Of a DNA stretch of 64,000 nt, positions 31,690-42,069 are shown piece after piece. Position 1 is the first letter of the stretch. Each line of letters starts with the position of its first letter. The stretch spans positions 32,001 to 96,000 of the forward strand of contig CAVZZA010000004.1 of the NCBI GenBank assembly GCA_963779615.1. Reading direction: 5' to 3'. The position numbers and the translations under genes are program-made. Source of the DNA: an uncultured Nitrososphaeraceae archaeon (GTDB lineage Archaea; Thermoproteota; Nitrososphaeria; Nitrososphaerales; Nitrososphaeraceae). The notes under the pieces are model-generated. The model worked only from the letters and a program-made list of their open reading frames with translations. It did no database searches and was not told where the DNA came from.

Positions 31690-32922
31690 TCATTCCACAA
31701 TTTTAAATTTTATTTTTTGCGTCTTGAATAATTCTATTAGTAAATTTGATTGGTCTCTATTTTCAAACTCTAAACTTAGATAAACACCTGCGGTTCCAGC
31801 GGGTATGTTTGCACTGAGCCTATCATGCACTACTTCTACTATATTCACATGCGCTTTTGAAATTTCATCCACAATTTTTTTAAGGGCCCCTGGTTTGTCT
31901 GGAAGTTCAATAAAAATTTTTAATAGCCTTCCTGTTTGTATCAATCCCTTTGCAACCACCTGCCCTAAAAGATACATATCGACATTACCGCCAGATATAA
32001 TGGAAACTATGTTTTTATCTCTTGATTTTCCATTCTCACCGGAAATAAGATATGCCAGGGAGGCAGCGCCGGCTGGTTCGGACACAATTTTGGCTCTTTC
32101 CATCAACAAAAACATTGTTTTAACAATTGACAGATCATCTACTAAAACAATATCATCCACATATTCTTTTACCAACTCAAAAGTAAGCTTTCCAGGGGTT
32201 TTAACCGAAATTCCATCTGCAATTGTATGCCCATTTTGAATTTTAGTTATTTTGTTTTCTTGTATGGACTTCCTCATGGTGGGAAAGGCGGCAGACTCTA
32301 CACCAATTATCTTCACGTCGGGTTTGAGGGACTTGAAAACCATGGCAATTCCTGATATTAAGCCACCTCCACCAACGGGAACGTAAATTTCGTCTATATG
32401 TTTCAAGTCTTCCAATATCTCTAAACCAATTGTCCCTTGCCCTGCGATAACGTTCGGATCCTCAAAAGCGGGTATAATTGTTTTTTTTTCTTTTTCTGCT
32501 ATTTCTTTTATGGAGGCTGATGATTCGTCGTAATCGTTTCCACATAATAGCACTTTTGCGCCATACGATTTGGTAGCGGATATTTTAGCGGGGGAGGCGG
32601 TTTTGGGCATCACAATGGTGCAGGGAATATTGTTCATCGAAGAAGCATAAGCCACTCCCTGCGCATGATTTCCTGCAGAGGCAGCGATCACCCCGTTTTT
32701 TTTTAAATCAGGGGGCAAATTGTTTATCTTTGTAATTGCCCCTCTTACCTTGAAGGAGCCGGTTTTTTGAAGACATTCAAGTTTTAGATAAATGTTGTTC
32801 CCAGAAATAGTGGAAAACGTATTGGATTTTACCATCTCAGTTTTTCTAATATGTGACTGTGATAATATTTTTTGAGCTTCTTTTATGCTGTTTAAATCTA
32901 TTTTGGAAATTTTTTTTCCCAA
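31690..32922 (-). CDS. ilvA: Threonine ammonia-lyase with C-terminal ACT domain
   Basis: QKTGSFKVRG, SAGNHAQG, GGGGL, SGGN, LPDKPGAL. Confidence 0.95.
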   Translation of the reverse strand: MGKKISKIDLNSIKEAQKILSQSHIRKTEMVKSNTFSTISGNNIYLKLECLQKTGSFKVRGAITKINNLPPDLKKNGVIAASAGNHAQGVAYASSMNNIPCTIVMPKTASPAKISATKSYGAKVLLCGNDYDESSASIKEIAEKEKKTIIPAFEDPNVIAGQGTIGLEILEDLKHIDEIYVPVGGGGLISGIAMVFKSLKPDVKIIGVESAAFPTMRKSIQENKITKIQNGHTIADGISVKTPGKLTFELVKEYVDDIVLVDDLSIVKTMFLLMERAKIVSEPAGAASLAYLISGENGKSRDKNIVSIISGGNVDMYLLGQVVAKGLIQTGRLLKIFIELPDKPGALKKIVDEISKAHVNIVEVVHDRLSANIPAGTAGVYLSLEFENRDQSNLLIELFKTQKIKFKIVE

Positions 32923-33158
32923 AATAAAAAAGATTTAAGGTTTATTTAAATATAGTTGTTCAATAGAATACTGATGCATTTTTTAAATCAAAATTTCAAG
33001 AATAGTGGAATCGGAATATCATACCTGTACTCATAGGAAAACAAAGGAAGGGTGAATAAAGGATAACCTGCCCACAAACCTGTTTATGAGGAATTGGACT
33101 TGGAAAATCAATAGATTAGGTTTAAAGAAAGATTGTTTTGTTCTAGTTGGCATTTTCT

Positions 33159-34037
33159 TTAAGAACTATTTTTAAAAAGATTGACAAGTTTTGTAAATAT
33201 TTGCCCGATTTTCAATATGTCCGGATTGTTAATCTTTTCAAAATTAATAACAGATGTTTTTTCCCGAGTTTTCTTGTTTTTTATCAACTCAAAATCCATA
33301 TTGAATGCTATCCCTTCTTCGCCAATCATCAGTTTATTAGAGTCAATTGATGCCTGGTTTATTTGATAAAGTTCGATTGTAAAGTTTTCCAAGTCTTTTT
33401 TTAAGGTTTCTATCAATTTAGAATTCTGTTCTAACTCGGGAAAGTTACTCTCTATTTTGGATGCTTTTTCAGACAGGTCTTTAGAAAGGTCCTGTTTGGT
33501 AAAAAGCTCCTCAAACAATTCAGTATTTCCTATGTCTTTATACCCCAGTTTTTCTAATTCTTGTTTTATTATTTGATCACCTTTTATTGAAACCTCATTT
33601 TTGATATTGATATTTTTTTCTTCTAGTTCCCTAATTTTTTTATTTAGAGTGATGATGTCTTTATCGAGTTTGTAGTATAAAAGAGAGCGAAATTGAATGC
33701 CCATATATACATAGAAGTAGTAATTTTCTATTTCTGTGCTCAGCTGAAAAAAGATTCTGTGCAAATCGTCCGTTTTTGTTGATTGTACGGGGACAACCTT
33801 CCAGGTTTTTAATAATGCAGCTTCCTTTTCTTTATTAAAAAAATAGTTTAATACTCTATTTGGATCAAATGTGTTTGTTTCTATTACAGAAAAATCAGCC
33901 AACATTACCTTTATCTTTGAGGTTTCAAGATTTTTTTTTATGGATTTTTCAAAGCTATCTTTAAGATCTTGGTTTACGTTATTTATAAAACTGATGAATT
34001 CAATATTTTTTCCTTCATCCTTAATGGGCAATCTCAT
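33159..34037 (-). CDS. Hypothetical protein with coiled-coil segments
   Basis: 292-aa ORF filling the gap, E/K-rich; no family recognised. Confidence 0.8.
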   Translation of the reverse strand: MRLPIKDEGKNIEFISFINNVNQDLKDSFEKSIKKNLETSKIKVMLADFSVIETNTFDPNRVLNYFFNKEKEAALLKTWKVVPVQSTKTDDLHRIFFQLSTEIENYYFYVYMGIQFRSLLYYKLDKDIITLNKKIRELEEKNINIKNEVSIKGDQIIKQELEKLGYKDIGNTELFEELFTKQDLSKDLSEKASKIESNFPELEQNSKLIETLKKDLENFTIELYQINQASIDSNKLMIGEEGIAFNMDFELIKNKKTREKTSVINFEKINNPDILKIGQIFTKLVNLFKNSS

Positions 34038-34214
34038 TAAAATTTATAATTGATTGATCAGATATATTATTTAAGTAATCCATTGTTGTGCATTGGCCCT
34101 TTTACCTATATTTTGCCTCTCTGACGCAATACTCAATGAATAGGCCTTTTCTTAAAACTGAGGCATGTAAACTCCAACAATAGATTAAAATATAATATTA
34201 TAAACTAATATGCA

Positions 34215-34463
34215 ATGCCTACGGCATATATTTTGATAAACAGTATTTTAGGAAAAGAAGAGGAGATAATAAAACAGATTTCGCAACTTAAACAAGTGAA
34301 AGAGGTTCGTGGTACTTATGGAGTTCATGATATCTTCGTCAAAATTCAAACCGAATCTGTAGATGAGATGAATAATACGATTACTTCAAACATCCGAAAA
34401 ATAAATGGCATAACGTCGACTGTAACACTTGTTTCCATACCAGAACAAGGCGGAAGAGATTAG
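34215..34463 (+). CDS. Stand-alone Lrp/AsnC ligand-binding (RAM) domain protein
   Basis: AYILIN...TYGVHDIFVKI...IRKINGITSTVTL; no HTH. Confidence 0.92.
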   Translation: MPTAYILINSILGKEEEIIKQISQLKQVKEVRGTYGVHDIFVKIQTESVDEMNNTITSNIRKINGITSTVTLVSIPEQGGRD

Positions 34464-34479
34464 GTCGGGTTACCTCCTA

Positions 34480-34656
34480 TTATTTTTTCAATACATTGAA
34501 AATCAAAAAAGTTGTTATACCTACGCCTATCCAACCTATAGAACCCACTATGAGAAATATAAAATAAATGGGGATTAAGAGAGCTGCTGCGGCTACTGCT
34601 GCCCCTATGCACCAAATTATAAGTAATGTTTGAACATTAATTTCTGAAATTTTCAT
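34480..34656 (-). CDS. Small 2-TM membrane protein (58 aa)
   Basis: Hand-translated: MKISEINVQTLLIIWCIGAAVAAAALLIPIYFIFLIVGSIGWIGVGITTFLIFNVLKK*. Confidence 0.7.
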   Translation of the reverse strand: MKISEINVQTLLIIWCIGAAVAAAALLIPIYFIFLIVGSIGWIGVGITTFLIFNVLKK

Positions 34657-34848
34657 TTTTTCATTCAGCCTCTGATATCTTCATCAAAACCTTTTAGAAC
34701 ATTCAGGATCGTTCCACAATTATCGCACATCTGGTACTCCACAAAATCGAAATCATTATATTTTCTATAAGAAAATACATTTTTGTGAAGGCAGAAAAAC
34801 TTTTTTATGTTTTTTATCATATTATACATTCCTATCTTAATATGTTAG

Positions 34849-34941
34849 TGCCGCCGGTGAGATTTGAGCTCACGACAGCTCGGTCTTCAGCTTCACCCTA
34901 TTTATATAGTCGAGTGCTCTTCCAGGCTGAGCTACGACGGC
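34849..34941 (-). tRNA. trnF: tRNA-Phe(GAA) with 19-nt non-canonical intron at position 30/31 (34892-34910)
   Basis: Acceptor stem GCCGTCG/CGGCGGC; after splicing the anticodon arm reads CTCGG-CT-GAA-GA-CCGAG; bulge-helix-bulge CACT/GGTG with CGA and AAG bulges. Confidence 0.93.
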
Positions 34942-35095
34942 ACAGAATATTTTGTTCAATTTTATAATATATATATTATTGCTTTGCTTCTATTTATACA
35001 AATACAAATTTTAGTTTAGATTTGTATAATTAATTGTATAGGAAAATTTAATCTAAATCCTAATTAATGAATTAGAGTATTTTAAAGAATTAGCT

Positions 35096-35281
35096 ATGAT
35101 AAATAAAGATGAATTAACCAGTTCAGCTAATGAATCATCATCTATATTGGAAAGTCCCGAGGAAAAAAAAAGAAGATTTCTCATAGAGTTTGAAAATCCT
35201 TTTAAATGTGATAAATGCAATGAACGGTTTAAGAAGAAAAAATATTTGAGGGAACACAAGTCTGAGGTGCATGCATATTAA
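35096..35281 (+). CDS. C2H2 zinc-finger small protein
   Basis: PFKCDKCNERFKKKKYLREHKSEVH. Confidence 0.85.
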   Translation: MINKDELTSSANESSSILESPEEKKRRFLIEFENPFKCDKCNERFKKKKYLREHKSEVHAY

Positions 35282-35374
35282 ATTTTTTGCCTGATGAGAT
35301 AAACACAAAACATCTTGTGGTTTATCCCTACTGTGTAAACTTAATAATAAAACATTTTAGAATAATATTTGAAC

Positions 35375-35930
35375 ATGAAGATTTACACCAAGACGGGCGA
35401 CTATGGTGAAACTAGTCTTTTTAATGGTACACGTGTTAAAAAAAATGATTTGCGAATAATAACATATGGAACTGTTGATGAGGTTAATAGCAATATTGGG
35501 TTGTTGCTATATTACTTGCACCAGGATGAAGAATTAAGAGATCTTACAGGTCCTGTTGTCAAGGATTCAAAATCAACTGTTTATTTTGGGTAGTGATTTG
35601 GCCAATCCCGATACAACAGTAAAGGGCTACCCAAGAATTAATGAGGATGATATACTTTACATTGAAAACTCCATAGATAAATTTGAAAATAGCCTTGATC
35701 CATTGAAATCCTTTATTCTACCGGGTGGGTCAATCGAATCTTCATACTGTCACATAATTAGGACAATAATTAGGAGAGCCGAAGTGAACCTTGCTAGTTT
35801 ATTTCTGAACAATGAGGTAAATAAACACTGTTTAATTTTTTTAAACAGGCTGTCAGATCTTTTTTTTATTCTTTCAAGAGTCATTAATAAGCTCAAAGGC
35901 ATCGATGATATTCCATGGAAACCTCATTAA
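35375..35930 (+). CDS. PduO-type cob(I)alamin adenosyltransferase, split by a +1 frameshift near 35552
   Basis: [22 protein letters not shown], then [32 protein letters not shown]. Confidence 0.92.
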
Positions 35931-36182
35931 GACTTGTTTTAGCTTTTGCAAAGAATTAAATTGATTTTAACTTTTGATCAATGAGTGTAATGACCCAAAC
36001 CACTAACGTATTGCTTATTTTAATGGTTACTGTTGTTTTCTCTATTGTTGCATCTTTTTTAACAGTTTTTCTTGACAGGGTATTGGATATACGATCTATT
36101 ATAACAAGTATTCCAAGATTTATTTTCTACAATCACTTGATGTTTGACATTTAATAAAAAGCACAACCGATGATAAGTATGT

Positions 36183-36812
36183 ATGAACAAAAAAAAGTTT
36201 AGCATACAAGAAATTTCACCATTTTTGAATCATTTTTACAAACTTAAAGAGGTAGAAAGATCGGGTTGGAAAACAAAACTACACATAAACAACCCCGAAT
36301 CAGTTGCAGAACACACTCTGACTATGATCGTTTTGGTCATGATTATTGCAGAGTACAACAAATACCCATCTGCAAAAATCATAAAAATGATTAAAATGAC
36401 ATTAATCCATGACTTGGGAGAATCTATTATCGGTGATTATGTGCCAAACGCAATCAAAATTGAAAAGAAAAAGCAATTGGAAGATAATGCAATTAACAAT
36501 ATAATTTCAAAAATTCCATGGGTTGTGTTAAGAAGTAATTATATAAAATTATGGCTAGAATTTAGTGAAAACAAAACCGGCACCTCCAGGTTAATTCACC
36601 TGATCGATAAACTAGAAATGGCAATCCAAGCCAATTATTACCTGGAGAGTAACAAAAATATAAAAAAAAATGATGTAAAACCATTTTTTGCATCGGCATT
36701 AAGATATGTAGTTGATAATTCCAAATCCAAAAAAAATAAGTCATTCTCAAATAATGATAAAAAACAAAATCTTGATGAAATAGAACAAATATTGCTTTAT
36801 TTAAACAACTAG
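36183..36812 (+). CDS. HD-domain 5'-deoxynucleotidase-like protein (HDDC2/YfbR-like)
   Basis: LKEVERSGW, ESVAEH, IHDLGESIIGD, DKLEM. Confidence 0.9.
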   Translation: MNKKKFSIQEISPFLNHFYKLKEVERSGWKTKLHINNPESVAEHTLTMIVLVMIIAEYNKYPSAKIIKMIKMTLIHDLGESIIGDYVPNAIKIEKKKQLEDNAINNIISKIPWVVLRSNYIKLWLEFSENKTGTSRLIHLIDKLEMAIQANYYLESNKNIKKNDVKPFFASALRYVVDNSKSKKNKSFSNNDKKQNLDEIEQILLYLNN

Positions 36813-36816
36813 ACAT

Positions 36817-37152
36817 ATGCAATATTTTGTGGCCCTAAAAATTGGGGAAAAAAGGGTAAAAGATGCCCAAGAATTTTTATCAAAATTCATCGATAGCAGC
36901 CAAAATCAAGCAATGCCTGCACTTGCTCTCAAAGACAACAAAACTAACATTTGGGAACCTGTTGGAGAGGAAAACTATTATGCTGTCGTAAGAGGGGAGC
37001 AAGGGTATCTTATTGCAATTTGTGATAAAAACGGGATAGCCAAGTCTATAGCAAATTGGTTTTCAGAGGAAAAAAAAATGGAAATAGAGAATAATTTAAA
37101 ATCAAAGGCAGGGCTGGAGCAATATCTAGGGAAAGTTTCGTTACCTGTTTAA
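36817..37152 (+). CDS. Conserved hypothetical protein, paralogue of 48846-49166
   Basis: Shares MxY..A..IG.K..KDAQ, PVGE and D..G.AK motifs with the other copy. Confidence 0.82.
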   Translation: MQYFVALKIGEKRVKDAQEFLSKFIDSSQNQAMPALALKDNKTNIWEPVGEENYYAVVRGEQGYLIAICDKNGIAKSIANWFSEEKKMEIENNLKSKAGLEQYLGKVSLPV

Positions 37153-37208
37153 CACCTTTTAATAAGGTGGAGAAGAAATTTAAAAAGCATTTGCATAAAT
37201 GATCAAAA

Positions 37209-38447
37209 TTGGAAAAACTTGAACAAGAGGTGGAAGTTAAAGGGCATTTAGTAGATTCATCTATCCTTACTCGCATATTTGACAAGATTATGGATTTAAA
37301 GGGAGACTTTACAGTTACGGAGTTTTCCATCGGAAAGAGGAAACAAGATTACAGCTACGCCCGGCTACTTGTTAAAGGAAAAAATAAAGAGCACCTGGAA
37401 AATATGTTGGAATTTATTTTTCGAGAAGGGGCAACTACAATTTCACTAGATGAGGTGAAATGTACCGCATCACCAAATGACATGGTGTTGCCTGATGATT
37501 TCTATAGCACCACCAACAACACAACACAAATTTTTTTTCATGGTGAATGGATAAATGTTGAAAACATGATGATGGACAAATGTATTGTATTAGATCCTTA
37601 TAACAAATTTGCTCAATGCAAAATCAATAGGGATGTAAAAAAAGGGGAATTGGTGGTTACCGGGGAAAGAGGAGTTAAAATTACTCCACAAGAACGACCT
37701 AGAGAAGGGGTTGACATGTTCCAGTTTATGAGCAGTACAAGTTCAAGTGAGCGCCCATCACAGCAAATAGCAAAAAAAGTTGCAAATGATCTCTACAAGA
37801 CTAAACAGGAAGGGGGAAAAATTGTTGTTGTTTCAGGACCGGTGATTGTTCATTCGGGTTCCTCAGACATTTTAGCAAAATTGATTAGATGTGGTTACGT
37901 GAATGGAATCCTAGCCGGAAACGCATTGGCTGTGCATGATATTGAGAATTCGTTGTTGGGTACATCGTTAGGAATGCATGTTGAAGATGGCACCTTGGCG
38001 GTTCGGGGACATCGCAATCACATGATGATAGTAAATGAGGTTTTCAAAGCCGGTTCAATAAAATCCATGGTGGAAAAAAAAATTCTAAAAAGTGGGATCA
38101 TGTATGAGTGTGTAGCTAACAATGTTCCTTTTGTTTTGTGTGGTTCAATACGGGACGATGGCCCAATACCCGATGTTATCACCGATATTGTTGAAGCCCA
38201 AAGGCAATATAAGGAATTGTTAAAAGACGCAAAATTGGTTTTGATGTTGTCATCTATGCTTCATTCAATAGCGGTTGGTAATATGATACCTGCTTCCGTA
38301 AAGGTAATAGCAGTTGACATAAACCAGCCTGTTGTAACAAAACTGCTTGATAGGGGAACCACCCAAGCTATTGGCATCGTAACAGATATCGGCTCTTTCT
38401 TACCATTAATAATGAAGCATCTGGATTCTTTAATTGATTCTAAATAA
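37209..38447 (+). CDS. TIGR00300/LOR-SDH-domain protein (ornithine cyclodeaminase, AgrE/ArgZ C-terminal type)
   Basis: GHLVDS, PDDFYSTTN, FQFMSSTSSSE, GNALAVHDIE, GSIRDDGP, STMLHSIA-like motif. Confidence 0.88.
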   Translation: MEKLEQEVEVKGHLVDSSILTRIFDKIMDLKGDFTVTEFSIGKRKQDYSYARLLVKGKNKEHLENMLEFIFREGATTISLDEVKCTASPNDMVLPDDFYSTTNNTTQIFFHGEWINVENMMMDKCIVLDPYNKFAQCKINRDVKKGELVVTGERGVKITPQERPREGVDMFQFMSSTSSSERPSQQIAKKVANDLYKTKQEGGKIVVVSGPVIVHSGSSDILAKLIRCGYVNGILAGNALAVHDIENSLLGTSLGMHVEDGTLAVRGHRNHMMIVNEVFKAGSIKSMVEKKILKSGIMYECVANNVPFVLCGSIRDDGPIPDVITDIVEAQRQYKELLKDAKLVLMLSSMLHSIAVGNMIPASVKVIAVDINQPVVTKLLDRGTTQAIGIVTDIGSFLPLIMKHLDSLIDSK

Positions 38448-38498
38448 AAATTAAATTAATTAATTTAATTAATTTAAAAAAATATTGTTTGTATTGAA

Positions 38499-40136
38499 TT
38501 AAATTGCTGGTTTTTTATTTTTTTTTATTAAGGATTCCCTGATCAGTTTTAATGTTAGTTGCGGATCAGCCCTTCCGTTTGTTTTTTTCATTATCTTCCC
38601 TAAAATGAAATTATAAACATTTGGATTTGTATTGGATTGCTCAATTAAATGTTTTTCGTCACCCAAAACATTATCAATATGCATGTTTATGACACTTGGA
38701 TCTAAAATTTTCTCTATTTTTGTCTTTTCAATTAACTTAAAGGGGCTTTCTCCAGTCTTGATACTTTTATAAAAGATGTCCTTGGCGGTGTTTCTATTTA
38801 TGGAATTTTCTTCGACCAATTTTGCGATATCTGCAATTTGTTGAGGGGTAACCTGGGTACTCAAAAGCCTGTTTTTATCACCCCGTATGCTATTGAGCCT
38901 GTCTTTGTCTTTTTCACCACCAGCTACTTCACTTTTCCCTTCACCTTCATTGGTTTTAGAAAGAAGTTCATTTATAATCCAGTTTGATATTTCCTTTGGG
39001 GAATTGTATATCTCTAGAGACTCCTCAAAAAAGTCACAAATTTTTTTGTTATTTATTAAAATATTAGAGATGTGGTCTGAAAGTTTATAAATTTCGCGGT
39101 ATCTCTTTAACCTTTCAATTGGCAGTTCAGGCATTTTTTCTTTGATTTTTTCCTTAAAGTCGGTGCCTAAAATAATTCTTGGAATGTCGGGCTCTGGAAA
39201 ATATTTGTACTCGTCTTCTTCTTCCTTTGTCCTTGCTGGAATAGTTATCTTTCTTTTTTCATCCCAGTGACGGGTTTCTGATTTTACGTTTATCTCATGT
39301 AGCGACAGAGTTTTTTGTCGTGTTATTTCATAAAATATTGACCTTTCTACATCTTTGAAGGAGCTAATATTTTTTATTTCTACCTTTTTTCCTCCTTTAA
39401 CAGACACATTTACGTCGCATCTTACGGCACCCTCCAAATCTGGATCAGATACGCCCAAATATTCAAAAACATTGGTTATTTTGTTAAGAAATGACCTTAC
39501 ACCAGTAGCATTGCCAAAATCAGGCTCAGTAACAATTTCGACTAATGCTACCCCTGCCCTATTATAATCTATCAGGCAATAGTTATTTTGCTTTGAATTG
39601 TTATCTTCGTAAATAATTTTTCCTGGATCTTCTTCTAGTTGTATTCTTTTGATGCGTGCTATTTTGTCTGGATGATTCTCTTTTACTTGGATTTCTTCAT
39701 TATTATCAAAATACGACAAAAATCCATCATATCCGATGCTGCTTAGCTCGTATGAATTATATTGGGTTAACTGAAAGTTCTTTGGCAAGTCCGGATAAAA
39801 ATAGTTTTTCCTATAAAATGTAATTTTTTGAGGAATATTACAGTTTAAAGATAAACACACCATTGATGCATACTCAACTGCTTTTTTATTTAACATCGGT
39901 AAGGACCCCGGAAGGCCCAAACAAACTGAACAGGTGTTTTCGTTTGGACTAAAATTCCTGTAATTAGAAAAGCACCCGCAAAACAGCTTTGTCTTCAATC
40001 TTGTTAGTTGGCAATGAATCTCTAGCCCGATCTTTACACTGTCATCCGCCGCCGTGGATGAGTGATCATTGGCGGCAACATCATTATCTAAATGTTGAGA
40101 TTTTGCTTTGATTTGGTTCATATCTTTGGTGTCCAC
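38499..40136 (-). CDS. gatB: Asp/Glu-tRNA amidotransferase subunit B
   Basis: IGLEIHCQL, RKNYFYPDLPK, LEEDPG, DYNRAG, RCDVNVS, YFPEPD. Confidence 0.97.
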   Translation of the reverse strand: MDTKDMNQIKAKSQHLDNDVAANDHSSTAADDSVKIGLEIHCQLTRLKTKLFCGCFSNYRNFSPNENTCSVCLGLPGSLPMLNKKAVEYASMVCLSLNCNIPQKITFYRKNYFYPDLPKNFQLTQYNSYELSSIGYDGFLSYFDNNEEIQVKENHPDKIARIKRIQLEEDPGKIIYEDNNSKQNNYCLIDYNRAGVALVEIVTEPDFGNATGVRSFLNKITNVFEYLGVSDPDLEGAVRCDVNVSVKGGKKVEIKNISSFKDVERSIFYEITRQKTLSLHEINVKSETRHWDEKRKITIPARTKEEEDEYKYFPEPDIPRIILGTDFKEKIKEKMPELPIERLKRYREIYKLSDHISNILINNKKICDFFEESLEIYNSPKEISNWIINELLSKTNEGEGKSEVAGGEKDKDRLNSIRGDKNRLLSTQVTPQQIADIAKLVEENSINRNTAKDIFYKSIKTGESPFKLIEKTKIEKILDPSVINMHIDNVLGDEKHLIEQSNTNPNVYNFILGKIMKKTNGRADPQLTLKLIRESLIKKNKKPAI

Positions 40137-41581
40137 TCGGTGAACTTGTCGTTTATTTCAAAAAAAGTCGCAATATCTATCAACGCTTGTTCGTTGAATT
40201 CATTGGACAATAGTTGCAAACCAATAGGCAACCCTTCTTTACTAAAGCCTGCGGGTATAGATATAGCAGGCAATCCAGCCAAATTAGCCAGGATGGTGTA
40301 AATGTCTAAATTGTACAGATCTAGGGGTTTGGAGCCTTTTTCCCCTATTTTAAATGGTAGTATAGGCATTGTCGGTAATATCAAAACATCAAAAAACTTG
40401 AATAGTTTATTAAACTCGTTTTTTAACATGTTTCTTATTTTTTGGGCTTTCAAATAATATTTGCCATAATACCCTGCAGACAAAACAAAAGAGCCAATCA
40501 ATATCCTTCTTTTTACTTCATCTCCAAAATTTGACCTTGCCTTGGAAAAATAACTGTTCCATTCATATCCTTCTGGGTTAAACCTAAAACCATACCTTAT
40601 ATTGTCAAATCTGGATAAATTACTGCTGGCCTCTGCCATTGCAATAACATAATAGGCAGCCAATGCAAAATCTGAGTGGTCTATTTTGGCTTCTTGAGTA
40701 TCAAAGCCGTATTCTTGCAACGTCGCAATTTTTTTGTACGTTGTTTCAACAACCTGTTTTTCCGAACTATCAATCAAATCATTTATTACACCGATTTTAT
40801 GGTTTGCAGATAAAATGTTATCCATATCATTTATTTTAAATTCCAGTTGTTTATCTACGGTAGTATCGTCATGGGAGTCTTTACCGGTGATGGTATTTAA
40901 GATCATAACAGCGTCTCTAATTGTTCTGGAAATAGGGCCTATCTGCTCAAGTGAATTTGAATAGGATATCAAGCCGTACCTGCTCACTGTACCATAGGTG
41001 GGTTTCATACCCACAACGGAACAAAAACTAGAGGGGCACCGGATAGAGCCACCAGTATCCGAGCCTAATGATATGGGTACCTGAAGGGAGGATACCGCTG
41101 CTGCACTTCCACCCGATGAACCCCCTGCCACATATTCTGTGTTCCAAGGGTTATGGACTGCCCCATAGTGGGAAAACTCGGAAGTGGTACCCATCCCAAA
41201 CTCATCCATGTTCAATTTTCCAATTATTATGGCATCCTGTTTTTCCAGTAGGTCAATTACTGTTGCATTGTAGGGGGGGTTATATTCTTGCAGAATCTTT
41301 GATGCGCATGTGGCTTTTACGCCTAAAACAGAAATGTTGTCCTTGATTCCAATAGGTATTCCTATCAATTTCCCGGTTTTTTCATCATTTTTAATTTTAC
41401 TGTCGAGTTCTTTTGCTTTTACCCGGGACGATTCATAATTTTTTGTTATAAAAGAGTTGATTTTCAAGTCTACCTTGTCAATTCTTTCAAACAATGTATC
41501 AATGTAGTCCACTGCAGATATTTCTTGATTTTTAATTTTTTGAGAAACCTGATAACCTGACAGTTTGTGAAAATCAGACAT
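40118..41581 (-). CDS. gatA: Asp/Glu-tRNA amidotransferase subunit A
   Basis: KDN, NMDEFGMG, GGSSGGS, GSDTGGSIR, EVKRRI. Confidence 0.97.
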   Translation of the reverse strand: MSDFHKLSGYQVSQKIKNQEISAVDYIDTLFERIDKVDLKINSFITKNYESSRVKAKELDSKIKNDEKTGKLIGIPIGIKDNISVLGVKATCASKILQEYNPPYNATVIDLLEKQDAIIIGKLNMDEFGMGTTSEFSHYGAVHNPWNTEYVAGGSSGGSAAAVSSLQVPISLGSDTGGSIRCPSSFCSVVGMKPTYGTVSRYGLISYSNSLEQIGPISRTIRDAVMILNTITGKDSHDDTTVDKQLEFKINDMDNILSANHKIGVINDLIDSSEKQVVETTYKKIATLQEYGFDTQEAKIDHSDFALAAYYVIAMAEASSNLSRFDNIRYGFRFNPEGYEWNSYFSKARSNFGDEVKRRILIGSFVLSAGYYGKYYLKAQKIRNMLKNEFNKLFKFFDVLILPTMPILPFKIGEKGSKPLDLYNLDIYTILANLAGLPAISIPAGFSKEGLPIGLQLLSNEFNEQALIDIATFFEINDKFTEWTPKI

Positions 41582-41585
41582 GTTG

Positions 41586-41894
41586 CTAAATCCTCGGACC
41601 TATTGCATATCCATTTTTTTTATTCAGAAAATTAAACGGCAAATTGTTACCTGTATCCGTCACTTTTTCGTTCAATTTTGGTACATCGTCTCTTAAATCG
41701 TCAATGCTTTTTTCCATTTTTATGTAGTTATCAGGGATTTCATGATTATCGTCCGTCACTGTGTCAAATTCATCCAATTTATTAAAAAAAGTTATAACTT
41801 CCTTAATCTTGTCAGCGGTTTTTTGAAACTCTGATTCTCCAATTTCTAGCCTGGAGAGACTGCACAATTTTTTTACTTCATAATAATCAGACAT
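41586..41894 (-). CDS. gatC: Asp/Glu-tRNA amidotransferase subunit C
   Basis: VKKLCSLSRLE...LRDD...GY..PRI; lies directly upstream of gatA. Confidence 0.85.
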   Translation of the reverse strand: MSDYYEVKKLCSLSRLEIGESEFQKTADKIKEVITFFNKLDEFDTVTDDNHEIPDNYIKMEKSIDDLRDDVPKLNEKVTDTGNNLPFNFLNKKNGYAIGPRI

Positions 41895-42069
41895 TTTTTG
41901 GTATAATTAAAATTGTTCTTTACCTTTGGTATATAATTTTTTGTACTCGCTGTAAAAAGGCAATATAGATGAAAAATGACATGATGAAAACAATTCATGT
42001 CTACATGTCGACTTCAAAAGAAAAATCAAGGTCGTCTATACATGATTTATTCCTTTAAATTGGTATTGA

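Noticed and set aside
38449-38470. 22-bp pure-AT palindrome between convergent genes
   Set aside because: Low complexity; at most a termination region.
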